Of a DNA stretch of 64,000 bases, positions 61,709 to 64,000 are shown one piece after another. How positions within the stretch are numbered: position 1 is the first letter of the stretch; each line of letters starts with the position of its first letter. Location of the stretch: contig CAVOXA010000010.1 in assembly GCA_963700285.1 (NCBI GenBank), forward strand, positions 1,440,001 to 1,504,000, given 5' to 3'. The stretch comes from an uncultured Chloroflexia bacterium (GTDB lineage: Bacteria > Chloroflexota > Anaerolineae > JAAYZQ01). The notes below the pieces were generated by a model that had not been told where the DNA came from, ran no database searches, and saw only the letters and a list, made by a program, of their open reading frames with translations. Both the position numbers and the translations under genes were made by a program.

Positions 61709-64000
61709 GTGAGCTTGGAGGACATGCGGCACAGGTTGCAGGACCGGGCCACGGTTATCACCAGCATCTTGCTCCTGTTTATCACGCTGCTGGCGCTGGG
61801 GCTGCGCCTTTTTGGCCTGGATGCCCAGAGCTTGTGGTACGACGAGGCATTTAGCGTCTATCTGGCGCGCATGGGCCTGGGCGAGATCGCGGCCCGTACT
61901 GCCGCCGACATCCAGCCGCCCCTCTACTACTACCTGCTCCACGGCTGGATCCGGTTGCTGGGCGACAGCGAGCGGGCGCTGCGGGGGCTGTCCCTCCTCT
62001 TTGGCGTACTGACCGTGCCCCTCATGTACGCCGTGGCCTGGCAGCTCTTTGCCAGGCTCCCGGGGACCTACCGCCGCCTGGCCGGCCTGCTGGCCGCGCT
62101 GTTGGTGGCCGTGTCGCCGCTGCACGTCTGGTACGGGCAGGAAGCGCGGATGTATACCCTGCTGACCTTCCTCTGCCTGCTGTCCAGTTATCTACTGCTG
62201 ATGGTAATCCCCATGACGATCCGGGGCGGGAACAGGTGGGGGACCCTGGCCCTCTGGGCGGCCTATACCCTGGCCAACATCGCCGCCCTGTACACCCATT
62301 ACTTTGCGGTCTTTATCCTGGGCTTCCAGGGGCTGTACCTGTTTCTGGTGTGGTGGGAGGGCGGGCTGCGACCGGCCCGGTTGATCCTGGGCGGGCTGGC
62401 CTCTCTCCTGGTCGCGGCCCTGGCCTTCATGCCCTGGCTGCCCAACCTCGTCACCCGCTACGGCGCCGACCTGAGCTATTGGCCCGGCCGTCTCAAGTTC
62501 GCCGAAACCCTCCTGGATCTTGTCATCTCTTTCACCGGCGGCGAATCGGTCTTTGAATCCACCGGCGTTCTCCTGGCCATCGGCTACGGCCTGGTCCTCC
62601 TCCTCTGCCTGATAGCGCTCATCGTCCAGGCTGTACGTGTTTGGCTGGAGGGGGATCGCGAGATCCGCGAGCCCGAGCCCAAAATCTGGTTCTTTAAGCT
62701 TCAGTGGTCAACCTTCAACCTCCAACCACGCCCCTTCGACTACCAGCCCCCGGCCTTCGACCACCAACCCCCAACCTTCGACCCCGACCCCCGAGACATG
62801 CAACCTGGGGGACGCAACACGCAACACGCAACACGAATTCCGAATACCCAGTACCCGCTCGCCTTCCTCCTCCTCTACCTGTTCATCACACCCGCCCTCA
62901 TCCTGATCCTGTCCTACAACGCACCCAAGTTCAACCCCCGGTACGCGATGGTGGCCCACCCGGCGCTGGCGCTCATCGTGGCGGGCGGCCTGGCGGTGCT
63001 ATTTCAAAAGGGGACTGGCCGCCTGGGCAACTGGATCCGCTGGACGCTGGCCGGCCTGGCGCTGGCTTACATGCTGGGCGTGTCGGCCTATGCCACGTAT
63101 AACATCTATACCAACCCCGCCTTTTCCCGGGCCGACTTTCGGGGGGTGGCCCGCTACATTGGCCGGCACATTGGGCCGGATGACACCATCATCCTGACTT
63201 CGGGCCACATGTTCCCGGCCTTTGACTATTATGCCCCGGGCGCCGAACGCCACCTGCTGCCCGACAGCCCTACGTTGGACACGACGCGTACCCTGGACTA
63301 TACCATCGGCGGCGAGCTGATGGAGTGGCTGGCCGGCAAGGAAGGGGTGTGGGTGGTGCGCTGGCAGGACGAGGTGGTGGATCCGGTGGGCTACCTGGCC
63401 GCCACGCTGGACGAGGTGGGCGAGGAGCAACCGGTGGATAGGAGCTTTTCCCAGGTAGGCCTGGCCTACTATCGCCTGCCGGCAGGCGGTACGTTGTCAG
63501 GCGGGCCGGCCATCGATCATCCCTCTGACTTGAATTTTGGGAACCGCCTGCAGTTGCTGGGCTATTCGCAGACCGGCGGCCGGCAGGTAACCCTGTTCTG
63601 GCAGGCGCTGCAGCCGCTGGACCAGGACTATCGCGTCTCCCTGGTCCTGCGGGACACCGAGGGGCAAAACTGGGGGGGATGGGATGGACGCCCCACGTCC
63701 TACTACTACCCCACCGATCGCTGGCGGGTGGGGCAGGTTGTTCTGGGCCGCTATGACCTGGCGCCGATTCCCGGGACGCCGCCGGGCGACTATGGGCTGG
63801 AGGTGGGCGTCTATACCGAGGCGGACCCCATGGGCCTGGACGTGCTGGACCAGGAGGGCGCGCCGCAGGGCAAGCGGGCCTTGCCGGGGGGAGTGAGGCT
63901 GGTCCCACCGCCGGCCTCGGCGGAGGAGGTGCAGGCGCCGCACCCGGGCCGGGCCGACCTCGGCGGCGGACTGGCGCTTCAGGGTTGGGATCTGGACGGC
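61709..64000 (+). CDS. GT39/PMT-like (GT-C) membrane glycosyltransferase, runs off the window end
   Basis: Hand translation gives LALGLRLFGLDAQSLWYDEAFS, DIQPPLYYYLLH, YGQEARMY, YTHYFA, PKFNPRY; absent from the ORF track because no stop falls inside the window. Confidence 0.8.
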   Translation, partial: MSLEDMRHRLQDRATVITSILLLFITLLALGLRLFGLDAQSLWYDEAFSVYLARMGLGEIAARTAADIQPPLYYYLLHGWIRLLGDSERALRGLSLLFGVLTVPLMYAVAWQLFARLPGTYRRLAGLLAALLVAVSPLHVWYGQEARMYTLLTFLCLLSSYLLLMVIPMTIRGGNRWGTLALWAAYTLANIAALYTHYFAVFILGFQGLYLFLVWWEGGLRPARLILGGLASLLVAALAFMPWLPNLVTRYGADLSYWPGRLKFAETLLDLVISFTGGESVFESTGVLLAIGYGLVLLLCLIALIVQAVRVWLEGDREIREPEPKIWFFKLQWSTFNLQPRPFDYQPPAFDHQPPTFDPDPRDMQPGGRNTQHATRIPNTQYPLAFLLLYLFITPALILILSYNAPKFNPRYAMVAHPALALIVAGGLAVLFQKGTGRLGNWIRWTLAGLALAYMLGVSAYATYNIYTNPAFSRADFRGVARYIGRHIGPDDTIILTSGHMFPAFDYYAPGAERHLLPDSPTLDTTRTLDYTIGGELMEWLAGKEGVWVVRWQDEVVDPVGYLAATLDEVGEEQPVDRSFSQVGLAYYRLPAGGTLSGGPAIDHPSDLNFGNRLQLLGYSQTGGRQVTLFWQALQPLDQDYRVSLVLRDTEGQNWGGWDGRPTSYYYPTDRWRVGQVVLGRYDLAPIPGTPPGDYGLEVGVYTEADPMGLDVLDQEGAPQGKRALPGGVRLVPPPASAEEVQAPHPGRADLGGGLALQGWDLDG

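Overview
GC-rich bacterial chromosomal window, probably Chloroflexi/Anaerolineae. This is inferred from a large GT39-type membrane protein, a VEK-repeat lipoprotein SBP and a metallophosphoesterase-NACHT-FGE protein. Many genes at 1-22 kb and 53-61 kb carry single-base frameshifts, including housekeeping genes, so most are probably long-read assembly errors. Content in order: a peptidase cluster; a di-haem cytochrome c peroxidase; an acidic repeat protein; a 6S-like structured region overlapping a 40-aa membrane peptide; ybeY-pgpH-yqeY; an EF-G paralog; DUF362; a PHP stub plus cdaR; gmd; tkt; rsmG; dnaN; three PIN toxin-antitoxin pairs; an AAC(3)-family gene; an 18-kb GntR-linked divergent catabolic cluster (ABC importer, flavoprotein, UroD-like, sulfatase, DHDPS-like / AKR, Gfo-Idh-MocA, GT4, heparinase II/III-type lyase, C45 hydrolase); ABC-F; a CoaE-GNAT fusion; and a GT39 protein. 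The most striking locus is 53.4-57.9 kb. There, a NACHT-FGE gene ends in what looks like an adenine-mutagenised DGR variable region, followed by two GNA-triloop hairpins and the first ~31 codons of a DGR-type reverse transcriptase. The RT stub is cut at a REP palindrome and duplicated as an 87-bp direct repeat that brackets a REP-associated tyrosine transposase (RAYT) and an Mrr fragment. Several other REP-like palindrome families occur, including a ~9.6 x 56-bp tandem array that is not a CRISPR. No tRNA, rRNA or CRISPR array was recognised.
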